Shown here in pieces: positions 18,894-27,691 of a DNA stretch of 64,000 nucleotides (the first letter of the stretch is position 1; every line of letters starts with the position of its first letter). Position numbers and translations under genes: made by a program. The stretch is taken from positions 64,847 to 128,846 of the IMG/VR virus record IMGVR_UViG_3300044842_000325; one strand, 5' to 3'. Below the pieces are notes generated by a model. That model saw only the letters and a list, made by a program, of their open reading frames with translations, had not been told where the DNA came from and did not search any database. This stretch comes from a virus (lineage: Duplodnaviria > Caudoviricetes).

Positions 18894-19178
18894 CTATTCC
18901 GAAATAGACATGAGCTTACGTACCCCCTTAAGCACGTGCTCGCCATCTCGGGCTAGAATTAACATGGGCCGCACGGGGCGGGCGGCCCTCCACACACCAC
19001 CTTGCCAGATCTCACATGAGAGCGGATCATGAATATCCCACGGTAATGGATACATCTCGACCGAAGGAATCAGATCCATCAATTCAACTACGCGGCCAAG
19101 GCCGTCGTGAAGAATTCTGGCTAAGGTGGCACCCAGCCATCCACCGGAAGATGAACCTCCGAGGACGACGATGCGCAT
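18894..19178 (-). CDS. Small hypothetical protein with a Rossmann-like N-terminus
   Basis: ATG overlaps the phuZ stop (TAATG). Begins MRIVVLGGSSSGGWLGATLARIL. Confidence 0.5.
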   Translation of the reverse strand: MRIVVLGGSSSGGWLGATLARILHDGLGRVVELMDLIPSVEMYPLPWDIHDPLSCEIWQGGVWRAARPVRPMLILARDGEHVLKGVRKLMSISE

Positions 19179-20209
19179 TACGCCGCGAAGCTCACGTTGC
19201 TGACGTCAGCGTCGTTGTCCATCTCCGCATCGATTTGCTCGGGGCGGGGACGACCGGCGGCGGCGCGCAGGTCAGCGAGGATTTCCGGCAGCAGGCCGTC
19301 GGTGATCAGGTAGTTCACCGACGTGCCTTCGAACGCGCTGCTGCCGCTCAGGTTCGGCACGAAGCCGACAGCCTGGTATTCCGGCATGTAGTCTTCCGGC
19401 AGGTCGGTGTGGATACCTTGACGGGCCAACGTCGCGACCGACAACACGTTGCCGAGCCTGTCCAGCTCTTCCTCGAACAGTGCGCCGTTCGGGTCTTGCT
19501 GGCCGCCGCGCAGCAGGATGTTCAGGTTGAACAGTTCCGGCTTCAGACCCGTGGTCACGGTCGACTTGGTGAAGAACAGCCAGTTGCGCAGGTCCATCGG
19601 GTCGAGTTCGCTGTTACGGTTCGAGAACAGCAGGCCGAGGTACGAAATGGCCGACAGCATGTGTTCGTTGACCTTTTCACGCGGCAGGTTCGCCGAGTTT
19701 TGCAGGTAGTGCATCACCACCGGCGCTTGACGACCGATCGCGATCTCGCGGTAGTTCTTGATCGTTTCGCGGGTGTTGTTGATTTCACGCCGCGAAGCGG
19801 TGGCACCGATGAGCAGGACGATGGTTTGCTGGCCGGTCGCGAGCAGCTCGTTGACGAGCGACGGCGCGAGCACGGAACCGGAACCGCCGGCGCCGGTGGA
19901 GATCACGATGTTCAGGTCGAGCGGCGGATGGGCTTTCAGGATCGGCTTGGTGTGCTCGCGGGCCAGCGCCAGGTTTTCGGTACGGTCCTTACCCGAGCCT
20001 TTGGTCTTGGGCAGCAGGTAGGTTTCCACGCCGATCGTGTGGTCGCCCAGGTTGGACACGCTGGTGTCGATCTGGACCGGTTCGAAGTTGGCCATCATGT
20101 CCGGGTTGATGCGGAACTTGCCGATCTGGCTCGTGATGTTGATTGCTGCGCCACCGCAAGCGTAAATGCGGATACGACCTTTCGGGGCCGTGGTAATGGT
20201 TTCACTCAT
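19178..20209 (-). CDS. phuZ: Phage tubulin PhuZ
   Basis: Tubulin/FtsZ motifs ACGGAAINI, IDTS, GSGKDR, GAGGSGSV and T7-loop LDPMDLRNW; 343 aa. Confidence 0.92.
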   Translation of the reverse strand: MSETITTAPKGRIRIYACGGAAINITSQIGKFRINPDMMANFEPVQIDTSVSNLGDHTIGVETYLLPKTKGSGKDRTENLALAREHTKPILKAHPPLDLNIVISTGAGGSGSVLAPSLVNELLATGQQTIVLLIGATASRREINNTRETIKNYREIAIGRQAPVVMHYLQNSANLPREKVNEHMLSAISYLGLLFSNRNSELDPMDLRNWLFFTKSTVTTGLKPELFNLNILLRGGQQDPNGALFEEELDRLGNVLSVATLARQGIHTDLPEDYMPEYQAVGFVPNLSGSSAFEGTSVNYLITDGLLPEILADLRAAAGRPRPEQIDAEMDNDADVSNVSFAA

Positions 20210-20258
20210 GTTGAAGATCCTTTAATTTTTGGTTATGAAAAACTCAACGTCAATTGGA

Positions 20259-20268
20259 CATTGAATAC
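20259..20268 (-). promoter_or_regulatory. Putative promoter motif GTATTCAATG upstream of phuZ
   Basis: One mismatch to the copies at 1317 and 14491. Confidence 0.45.
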
Positions 20269-20289
20269 AAGAAACATTGTAGAAAAATA

Positions 20290-22902
20290 CTAGAAACGAG
20301 GATTGGCGCGACCAGCCAGGACATAGCCATAAAGCGGAAGAACCCGTGACACGTTGTAATGCAGATGTTCTTCCGACAGATTGGTGCCCTCAAACCACAC
20401 CGTCATGTTCGGTTGGTTGGCCTGCGTCAACGCATGGCATACCTTGGTCATGAAGATCGACGTGGTGTGAATAAGCCGGCTGTCAAGAACGATGTGGAAG
20501 ACTTGGTCAGTCTGACACTGCTGAGTTGCATCCGCCATCGCATCCTGAAGAACCAACGGGGTGGGTTTGTTACCGTACTCCGGATGGCGAGCAATGTAAA
20601 ACTTTGCGTTCGGGAACACGTTACGGAACACCCGCTCATTCTTGCTCATTACCTGATCCGTTTCCCCATCATTCACGTGCAGCATGACGATACCGTAATA
20701 GTTCTCCAGCGTGAACAGAGGTCCGCCCGCAGCCGGAGAACTAAACGAATTGAGACCGGCACGCACCTGTAACCTGGTCAAAGCGGCGTTCAGCGTCATA
20801 CTCAACTTGTCGCGATCTTCCATGGTGTCATACGTGATCGCGGCCAGATTCAAACCGTTCTTGCTGAGCACGTTCTTGATGGCGGTCACCTTTTCCAGAT
20901 CGTTGCTCTGTTCCGGTGAATGCGGTGCGGGTTTACGGCTCGGCAGCAGCAGAATGTGTTGCAGGAGTGGCGTCGGTGCGGCGCCGCGATAACATTCTGC
21001 AATCACAGCCATCGTCTTCTTGTAAACGCCGAAGAGCGCGTCGTTGTTATCAGCCCCTTCGTAGTTTACCACTTCGATCTTGGCTTGTGGATAGAGTTCG
21101 ACGACTTCGCCACGCACTAGCTCGAATGCTTTTGCCGCGTCATCATTTTCCAGGTGGAACAGGAAGACGCCGTTGAAGTTTTCGGTAGTCGGCACCGACG
21201 AAGGTGAGCGGAAACTCGAATTATTACCGCTGAACGACGATTGCGTCCGATCCCGTTTCAGCCAGTCCATCGACGCCGCAGGTGGAAACGGTCGACCATT
21301 GCGCCACTGCATCGGATGGAGGGGTGGGGCCGGCGGGATAGGGCCACGCGGGTAATCCGGGTTGTAAAACGGATTGGGGAAACCGAAATTGTCCGGCATT
21401 TTCGGGAACGAATCCAGCGGCGACTGCGGCACGGGACCGAAGGGTTGACCTGCTGACGGGCGCTGGTTCAACATCCCCAGCATGTGTTGCAAGTCCTCCT
21501 TCATTTCGTTCGACAGTCGGTCTTCAGTGGTTTGAAGGCGCTTGTGAACGTTCTCCATCAGGTTGTCGATCGCCTTGGCCATCACGCCACTGGCTTCCGA
21601 GAAATGCTCGCCGAGTTTGGCGATAGACCGTTCAAGGATCTGATGACCCTCGGCGAAGTCCGCCGACAACTGACGCAAAATCGCTTCGACGTTACTAGCT
21701 GGCGGATTGTCACTGATTGCCATACCGAACGGCGTTCCGCGTTGGTGGAGAAGATAAGCTTCCACTTTCTTCAGCCGCGAGACCGTTACCATCGGATCGG
21801 CACTGACCGCTGGTCCGCTGAGGAGCGCAGCCGCGTCGCTGACGCCGATGAGAAGTTCTTCGAAATCGATCGCTTCTCCAGCTTCGACCTTTTGCGCGTC
21901 CACGGGCATCGAATCCGCCGTTTTCGGCCAGTATTCGTCATTGTTCTGCCCGCGGGTACGCAGCAGATCAATCACCATGTCGAGTCGCATGATGAAACCA
22001 TTAGCTTCTTCTTTGTTGAGTTCCACTTCCATGCTGAAAGCAGGGATCAAGTCGTTAACGAGGGTGCTCACCTGTGGGCTGGCCATCGCCGATGGCGCGT
22101 ATTCAGAATGATCCCGCAGGTTATGCAGTTCTTTCGCGACGTGTTCCGCGCTGAAGATGGACTGCCGTTCTTTGGCAATGTGCTCTGCGCTGAAGAGCGA
22201 TTCCTTCATCCAGAGAGCGATGAGTTGACGCGCACCCACCAGCAGGTTGTGGAGGCCAGCATTGGTCATGGTTGGTTTAGTTTGCATGGTGATTTCCTTT
22301 TTTGATTGTTGGTTATTAAAGTTGCGAGAGAGGTACTTCTGGATAGCGTTATACAACGCCGCTGGTCGATTCGAGTGAGCCCGTATGTCAGAAGCATTCA
22401 AGAAAGTGTTGGTAGCGGGCGGAATGTGATTATAAATGAACGCCACGGGATTTCCTGTGATATGCGTAGCAACCTGGCGGAAACCATCGGTACTGGTGTC
22501 CAACACGATGATCCAGCGATCTTTGGTATAGCCGCGTTCTTCCCAACCGAGAATGAGGTCGCTAAAGCGAGCCCACTCACGCACATTTTCCTCCACACCC
22601 ATTTCTTTATCACCGATGTAGAAGAGATACGAGCCGGTTTCACGCAAGCGGTCGATCGTTTTGGCGATCGGTACATCGCCACAATTCCCCCACTGTGCAA
22701 CTTTCGCACCGAAGAACAAAATGTGCACTTTCGGATTGGTGTCGACACCATGAGTGATGTCCACTGATTCATACGGTTGAATTTCTTTATTACATTGTGG
22801 GCAGCGATCATTGCAGGCGCTGTCTCCGGTCTCGCTCCAGTGCTCGCCGCAGTGGCGATAGTGGTTTTCGAAAACTTTCTTTTCTTCCGTAGCAGCGTTC
22901 AT
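20290..22902 (-). CDS. Large multidomain early protein (N-terminal zinc ribbon, Pro-rich linker, duplicated C-terminal alpha/beta domain)
   Basis: 870 aa with AGGAGG RBS. Motif HCGEHW...CNDRCPQC. Internal in-frame start signal at 22287. Confidence 0.75.
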   Translation of the reverse strand: MNAATEEKKVFENHYRHCGEHWSETGDSACNDRCPQCNKEIQPYESVDITHGVDTNPKVHILFFGAKVAQWGNCGDVPIAKTIDRLRETGSYLFYIGDKEMGVEENVREWARFSDLILGWEERGYTKDRWIIVLDTSTDGFRQVATHITGNPVAFIYNHIPPATNTFLNASDIRAHSNRPAALYNAIQKYLSRNFNNQQSKKEITMQTKPTMTNAGLHNLLVGARQLIALWMKESLFSAEHIAKERQSIFSAEHVAKELHNLRDHSEYAPSAMASPQVSTLVNDLIPAFSMEVELNKEEANGFIMRLDMVIDLLRTRGQNNDEYWPKTADSMPVDAQKVEAGEAIDFEELLIGVSDAAALLSGPAVSADPMVTVSRLKKVEAYLLHQRGTPFGMAISDNPPASNVEAILRQLSADFAEGHQILERSIAKLGEHFSEASGVMAKAIDNLMENVHKRLQTTEDRLSNEMKEDLQHMLGMLNQRPSAGQPFGPVPQSPLDSFPKMPDNFGFPNPFYNPDYPRGPIPPAPPLHPMQWRNGRPFPPAASMDWLKRDRTQSSFSGNNSSFRSPSSVPTTENFNGVFLFHLENDDAAKAFELVRGEVVELYPQAKIEVVNYEGADNNDALFGVYKKTMAVIAECYRGAAPTPLLQHILLLPSRKPAPHSPEQSNDLEKVTAIKNVLSKNGLNLAAITYDTMEDRDKLSMTLNAALTRLQVRAGLNSFSSPAAGGPLFTLENYYGIVMLHVNDGETDQVMSKNERVFRNVFPNAKFYIARHPEYGNKPTPLVLQDAMADATQQCQTDQVFHIVLDSRLIHTTSIFMTKVCHALTQANQPNMTVWFEGTNLSEEHLHYNVSRVLPLYGYVLAGRANPRF

Positions 22903-22963
22903 GGTGATTCCTCCTGTTGTTGGTTATGAGAAAATGTCGAGATGCTATGTACTAACGTCAATG

Positions 22964-22990
22964 TAGTAATATAGCACTGTAAATTTCTAG
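22964..22990 (-). promoter_or_regulatory. Putative early promoter TATATTACTA
   Basis: Exact phiKZ early consensus TATATTAC with upstream CTAGAAATTT. Confidence 0.75.
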
Positions 22991-22999
22991 GAGCCTTGA

Positions 23000-23809
23000 A
23001 TGAATCCGATTACCAAAGCGCTGGATGAAGTGATGTTTCGCATCCCGCGCGAGATTCTGAAGGTGGTGTTTCTCGAACCCTATCAACAATACCGCGACCT
23101 GCCGGCCGACATCAAAGAACGTATCCGTTATCTCGTGTTACAACAACGCGTGCTGGTGGACTGCAATCTCGTCAGCGGCGTCGAAACCAAGATCGACTTG
23201 TCGGATGTGCCAAGCGAAGTGGTTGATGATGGGTACACCACCGTGTTTCGTATCCCCAAAACCAAGACCAACGGCCGTTCGATCTTGAGCGTGTTCGACG
23301 TGACATACGGGGACTTGTATAACACCCAATCAGGGTACGGGGTATATTCTTACACCCGCACGAGCCCAGCATTGCAACTGGCCAATGCCGCGATGGAAGC
23401 GCATATCCGTACGCCGTATGTCGGTACCTCCCGTGTCGAACTCATCGGCGAAAATGTGGTGATGGTGCAAGACTCGATCATCCTGCCGCAGAACCTGTAT
23501 CTGCGTTGCTCGCTGGAAAACGAAGAGAACCTGTCGAACATCCATGCCCGCAGCTATCTGGTGTTTGCCAAACTCGTCGAACTGGCGGTTAAAGCCTACA
23601 TCTACAACACCTATGTCATCAAGCTCGACATGGGTGAACTGCGCGCTGGTGTGCAGGTCGGTCGGTTCAAAGAGATCGTTGACGGCTACTCGGATGCAGA
23701 GACAATGTATCAAGAGCACCTCAACGAGAAATGGGCCAAGGTTGCATTCATGAACGACCCGGAATCCATGCGTCGTTACATGTCGCTCATGATCGGCGGT
23801 AATCGGTAA
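23000..23809 (+). CDS. Conserved phiKZ-like protein, probably virion-associated
   Basis: 269 aa with AGGAG RBS. N-terminus MNPITKALDEV..IPREIL; motif ELAVKAYIYN. Confidence 0.65.
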   Translation: MNPITKALDEVMFRIPREILKVVFLEPYQQYRDLPADIKERIRYLVLQQRVLVDCNLVSGVETKIDLSDVPSEVVDDGYTTVFRIPKTKTNGRSILSVFDVTYGDLYNTQSGYGVYSYTRTSPALQLANAAMEAHIRTPYVGTSRVELIGENVVMVQDSIILPQNLYLRCSLENEENLSNIHARSYLVFAKLVELAVKAYIYNTYVIKLDMGELRAGVQVGRFKEIVDGYSDAETMYQEHLNEKWAKVAFMNDPESMRRYMSLMIGGNR

Positions 23810-23820
23810 CAAAAAAGAAA

Positions 23821-23867
23821 GCGCATAACGCCCCTCTCTACCCGCGAGGGTAGAGAGGGGTATGCCG
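23821..23867. terminator. Perfect 13-bp hairpin with TATG motifs on both flanks between convergent genes
   Basis: GCGCATA...CCCCTCTCTACCC-GCGA-GGGTAGAGAGGGG-TATGCCG. Confidence 0.7.
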
Positions 23868-24089
23868 TTAGGCAAGCAGAAGTTCACGGGTGCGGTACAA
23901 CTGTTCCCGCTGCTGCTTCAAGCGGTCAGCGGAAACTTGGTTGACAAAAATCACGGCGCTCTCGATCGAGCAAGCACATTTCTCTTGGTAATGGCGAATG
24001 GCGTTTTCACGCTTACCTTGACCAATGAGCAGGTTAACTTCGTCACGCATGGTGTCAGTGGAAGTCATGTGTTTCTGAGAGCGGGCCAT
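23868..24089 (-). CDS. Small protein resembling the ribosomal L7/L12 C-terminal domain
   Basis: GKRENAIRHYQEKCACSIESAVIFV resembles the G-K-I-x-A-I-K-x-Y-R...L-x-E-A-K-x-x-V pattern. GAGGAG RBS. Confidence 0.5.
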   Translation of the reverse strand: MARSQKHMTSTDTMRDEVNLLIGQGKRENAIRHYQEKCACSIESAVIFVNQVSADRLKQQREQLYRTRELLLA

Positions 24090-24106
24090 GATAACTCCTC
24101 GTGAGG

Positions 24107-24784
24107 TTAAGCCGCCGGATATCCTCCAGCATGCTGACCAGGTTGACGACGCGAACCATCCACGTCGTTTTTCTTGAAGAAAGGTTTCTTGCCACCTTCC
24201 TTCTTCACATCATGGGAGGTCAACCGCGGTTGAATCGGTTTGGCGGTGGGATGCTGGGCACGACGACGCGGCGGCAGGCCATCGTCCACCACGATACCAG
24301 CGGCGCGGTCGAGTGCAGCTTGTTCACTGATGTCACGCGGGAACGATTCCGACGTGATCCAGGCCAGCAGATCGGGTTCACCGCGGAACTGCTGGCCCTT
24401 GCGTTTGAAGAAACGCATGGCCATGCGGATGAAACTGCCCGTGGTGTGCAGTTTCGGTACCGGCCCCGTGACCACACCTTTGCCGCTGACCTGATACTCC
24501 TTCTCACGACCGTGCATCACGATGACACCGTACGCTGTGCCGCGCAGCAGGATGCGATTGTTCAGATGTTGTTTCTTTTCATCCGGATGCTTGGCGTGGA
24601 TCTTGGCGAACTCGCCGGGTTTCAGGATCACACGGTTTTCCGGATGATCAACGATCGGCATGAAGTTCATCCCGTCCTGGATGCGCAGTCCCTTCGCCAT
24701 GAAATACGGCCGGAAGGCGATCACGGTCTCAGCTGCTTCGTATTGGCGAAAGAAGTATGTGGCGATTTGTGCGTCGGTATTCAT
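24107..24784 (-). CDS. Hypothetical protein with a basic C-terminal tail
   Basis: ATG 24784 follows the shared leader CATACCAACAAAGAAAGGGATCACC. Confidence 0.65.
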   Translation of the reverse strand: MNTDAQIATYFFRQYEAAETVIAFRPYFMAKGLRIQDGMNFMPIVDHPENRVILKPGEFAKIHAKHPDEKKQHLNNRILLRGTAYGVIVMHGREKEYQVSGKGVVTGPVPKLHTTGSFIRMAMRFFKRKGQQFRGEPDLLAWITSESFPRDISEQAALDRAAGIVVDDGLPPRRRAQHPTAKPIQPRLTSHDVKKEGGKKPFFKKNDVDGSRRQPGQHAGGYPAA

Positions 24785-24839
24785 GGTGATCCCTTTCTTT
24801 GTTGGTATGGAGTTATTGACAATGTTGCAGTTGGACATT

Positions 24840-25088
24840 CTATTCCTCTCCGGGAATATTTTTTAACGGTGGTAAAAACGGGGACCGATGCCGCGCTAAA
24901 CGCACGGGATCTTGAAAGGTACAACGAAGAGAAGAATGATGGGTCTTCTGCAAGGTGACCCGGGGGCGGCGCAGCGGTTGCGGAATCCGTGGGGTAGGCG
25001 ACTTCGTAGTCTTGGTCACGGGCATTACTCGCCTCGCCCGTTTGATACGGAGTAAAAGAATCAGTCCGGCAGCAATCAATGGAATCAT
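24840..25088 (-). CDS. Small basic protein with an N-terminal hydrophobic segment
   Basis: AGGAG RBS; MIPLIAAGLILLLRIKRARR. Confidence 0.5.
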   Translation of the reverse strand: MIPLIAAGLILLLRIKRARRVMPVTKTTKSPTPRIPQPLRRPRVTLQKTHHSSLRCTFQDPVRLARHRSPFLPPLKNIPGEE

Positions 25089-25144
25089 GGTACTGCTCCT
25101 AGCGTTAGAGATAAATCCCATCTATTTACCTATAACGCCAGGCG

Positions 25145-25372
25145 CTAAAGGTCAAGATCAATGTTTCTTTCAGTGGCCATCTTCTTGAGTTCTTCCATCG
25201 CTCCCAGAATCTCATCGGCTTCATGGGCATAGTTACAGCAATCGAACAACACCGTGATGGCATCAATTTCGTCTTGGTTAGTGGCTGCTTCAAATAAACG
25301 CAGCGCTATACGAGAAGCTTGGCGACGCAATCGCAGCATCTCGATTTGTTTCTGCAGGCTCTTCAAATCCAC
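25145..25372 (-). CDS. Small helical hypothetical protein
   Basis: GTG 25372 after GAGGG; coiled-coil-like sequence. Confidence 0.55.
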   Translation of the reverse strand: MDLKSLQKQIEMLRLRRQASRIALRLFEAATNQDEIDAITVLFDCCNYAHEADEILGAMEELKKMATERNIDLDL

Positions 25373-25412
25373 GGACAGATCCCTCTTGTTGTAAAGAAAA
25401 AAATGCAAAACA

Positions 25413-25445
25413 CATAGAGAGCTGGGGGCAACCCAGCTCTCTATG
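25413..25445 (-). terminator. 14-bp hairpin terminating the membrane-protein operon
   Basis: CATAGAGAGCTGGG-GGCAA-CCCAGCTCTCTATG with T-rich flanks. Confidence 0.7.
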
Positions 25446-25457
25446 GTTTTTCACGGC

Positions 25458-25595
25458 TTAATTAAAGTTGCCGGCTGCAACGTTCGCGGCGACAAACAAC
25501 GCCAGCGCGATCATGGCAGACACCAGAGCTTGGGTCGCCGTGGGATATTGAAAGCGCTTAGGCGCCCGCGGGTACAGCTTCAGCGTTTGCTTCAC
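25458..25595 (-). CDS. 45-aa single-pass membrane peptide (not in the ORF track)
   Basis: GGAGG-N6-GTG; MKQTLKLYPRAPKRFQYPTATQALVSAMIALALFVAANVAAGNFN*. The stop lies just before the terminator. Confidence 0.55.
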   Translation of the reverse strand: MKQTLKLYPRAPKRFQYPTATQALVSAMIALALFVAANVAAGNFN

Positions 25596-26277
25596 CGGTT
25601 GCCTCCGTAGCGGTAGTGGTGCGGTTGAACAGGTTCTTGACCCAGGTATAGGCCGACACGAACCAGCCTTTGACCGTCACCCCGGCGTTGACGAACCATT
25701 CGCCGATGCGGGTGAAGACCGTGCTACCTGCGTCCTCGACCGGCACTTCCGTGGCGGTGTCAGCGGCAGCGGTGTCGGTCATCCGGGACACAGAGGATAC
25801 TGCAGTGTTGATATTTTTCCCACGGAGCCAGAACCACAGGCCCGCGGCGCCGGCGAAGATGGTCAGGGCACCAGCCACGGCCTTCTTCTTGTTTTCACCG
25901 ACCCAGGCTTTGAAGCGAGCCCACAGGCTCGGCTTCTCGTTGGCGGCTGCCAGGCCGGCGGCGGCTTCACCGGTCAGCTTGGCAGCTTCGCTGTTGATCT
26001 TGGCCAAGCCGACCAGGATCTTGGCGCCGACGCCGTCGGCTGCTGCGCCGGTAGCGCTGGCTTCCGGTTCGATTTCCAGTTCGGTGGTGTCGAGGCCGAT
26101 CGAGGCGATCAGGTTTTTGATCTCGGTTTCCAGCTTGGCGCGAGCTTCGCCGGTGGCCGATGCCATTTCGATGCGCTTGGTGGTGATCTGGTCCTTGACA
26201 ACGCGGAAAGCGTGGTTCAGTTCTTTGTCGGTCGGGGCTTTCTTCAGTGCTTCGGATTGGTTGTTGATCGAGTTCAT
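25558..26277 (-). CDS. Membrane protein with a coiled-coil N-terminus, one TM helix and amphipathic helices
   Basis: ATG 26277 after AAAGGA. TM AVAGALTIFAGAAGLWFWL; amphipathic SLWARFKAWV and VKGWFVSAYTWVKNLF. Confidence 0.75.
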   Translation of the reverse strand: MNSINNQSEALKKAPTDKELNHAFRVVKDQITTKRIEMASATGEARAKLETEIKNLIASIGLDTTELEIEPEASATGAAADGVGAKILVGLAKINSEAAKLTGEAAAGLAAANEKPSLWARFKAWVGENKKKAVAGALTIFAGAAGLWFWLRGKNINTAVSSVSRMTDTAAADTATEVPVEDAGSTVFTRIGEWFVNAGVTVKGWFVSAYTWVKNLFNRTTTATEATGEANAEAVPAGA

Positions 26278-26342
26278 GATTCGTTTCCTTTTGTTAATTT
26301 GAAAGAGGTGCTTCGGGATAGGATTTAATACGGTTTCACAGG

Positions 26343-26699
26343 TCACGGTGTAGTGGGTTCAGCCCGCTTGGCAGCGAAGACGCTGAGCGTCAAACCGAAC
26401 ACCGCCAGAACGAAGAGGATCGGCAGCAACGCCACGAACGCCACTACCACCTGTTGGATCAGCCAGACGAGCAGTACGAAACCGACTGCGTTCAGCACTG
26501 CATCGCCCAGATACGCAAACGGTGACTGGTCGCGGATGACGGCGGTCTCCTTGCCGTCGACGAACACCGTCGACGGTTTAAAGTTGTCGTGCATGCGACG
26601 CATTTCAATCGCCTGTTGCTTGGCATCGGACCACGATTTCGGTTCGAGACGCAAGATGTTGGCGACGAACACCGAGAGAGTGTCGAAGAATTGCTTCAT
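26343..26699 (-). CDS. Small membrane protein (operon member)
   Basis: MKQFFDTL N-terminus, long hydrophobic hairpin, AAGGAGG RBS. Confidence 0.75.
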   Translation of the reverse strand: MKQFFDTLSVFVANILRLEPKSWSDAKQQAIEMRRMHDNFKPSTVFVDGKETAVIRDQSPFAYLGDAVLNAVGFVLLVWLIQQVVVAFVALLPILFVLAVFGLTLSVFAAKRAEPTTP

Positions 26700-26995
26700 G
26701 CAGATACCTCCTTAAGTTGAAGTACCACACCGCCGACGATTTGCACACCCACAATCGCGAGGTCCACAAGGAACAGCATCGCGATTAAAGGTGGCACGCC
26801 GATGGATGTCGTGGCACACATGACAAAGAAAAGCCACACCAGCAGCCGCCAGAACGCAAAGGCCAATTGGCCCAAACCGATCGGCTTAGCCTGCAGGGTG
26901 GTGGCCACCAACGACACCACCGGCGCCACAATGGCACCGGCGATGACTTTGGCAGCGAAGAACAATTGCTTGATGAAACCAAACAGCTTACGCAT
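26696..26995 (-). CDS. Small membrane protein (operon member)
   Basis: MRKLFGFIKQLFF N-terminus, 2-3 hydrophobic segments, ATGA overlap with the next gene. Confidence 0.75.
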   Translation of the reverse strand: MRKLFGFIKQLFFAAKVIAGAIVAPVVSLVATTLQAKPIGLGQLAFAFWRLLVWLFFVMCATTSIGVPPLIAMLFLVDLAIVGVQIVGGVVLQLKEVSA

Positions 26996-27034
26996 GATCT
27001 CTCCAAAAGGGTGGATAAAAGCCCACCCCTGAAG

Positions 27035-27307
27035 TCAGGTGTAGGCGTTAGCAGTTTGCTGATAGATGTTACTGACGATGGTGAGGATGTCACCGAAGGC
27101 CATGATGCGTAACGTCAGCAAGATCGCTGTCGCGGCTGGGAACAGCCAAGCGCAGATGAAAAATCCAGTGTGCAGTACGAGGCGTCCCACGTACCGCTTG
27201 TCTTCTTCATCCACTTGCGCAGCGCACGTATGACGGCATAACCGTACCAGGCCACCTACCGTGTGCCGGTAGATAGCGCTGGCTAAGGTTTTGATGAATT
27301 GCCACAT
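27035..27307 (-). CDS. Small membrane protein (operon member)
   Basis: MWQFIKTL N-terminus, hydrophobic hairpin. Confidence 0.7.
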   Translation of the reverse strand: MWQFIKTLASAIYRHTVGGLVRLCRHTCAAQVDEEDKRYVGRLVLHTGFFICAWLFPAATAILLTLRIMAFGDILTIVSNIYQQTANAYT

Positions 27308-27313
27308 GTCGGC

Positions 27314-27673
27314 TTAAGCCGCAACCGGAGTTGCTTCTTCAGCTTTGACGTTGTCGAGGTTGTCGCCCGTGGCCTTGATCGATGCCAGTACCAAGGCCAG
27401 ACCGAGACCACCCGTGATCAGCACGAAGCCAACGTACACGAGCGAGAGGAACAGAGACAACCAGAACCACACCCATGCCACCGTGACCAGCAGTGCCGGT
27501 ACGGCGAAGAACCATGAAGCGATGATGACCGCGCGCGAGACGGCATTGAGCATCGTCAGGATCTTCTGGCCCCAGTCCATGGAGAGGATGTCTTTCACTT
27601 CGACGATCGGGGCGACGAAGATACCGTAGACGAACTTGGCAGCGCCTACGAGAAAGTTTTTGATAAATTCCAT
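27314..27673 (-). CDS. Small membrane protein (operon member)
   Basis: MEFIKNFL N-terminus, ~50-residue hydrophobic stretch, AAGGAG RBS. Confidence 0.75.
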   Translation of the reverse strand: MEFIKNFLVGAAKFVYGIFVAPIVEVKDILSMDWGQKILTMLNAVSRAVIIASWFFAVPALLVTVAWVWFWLSLFLSLVYVGFVLITGGLGLALVLASIKATGDNLDNVKAEEATPVAA

Positions 27674-27691
27674 AATGGAATCTCCTTTGAA

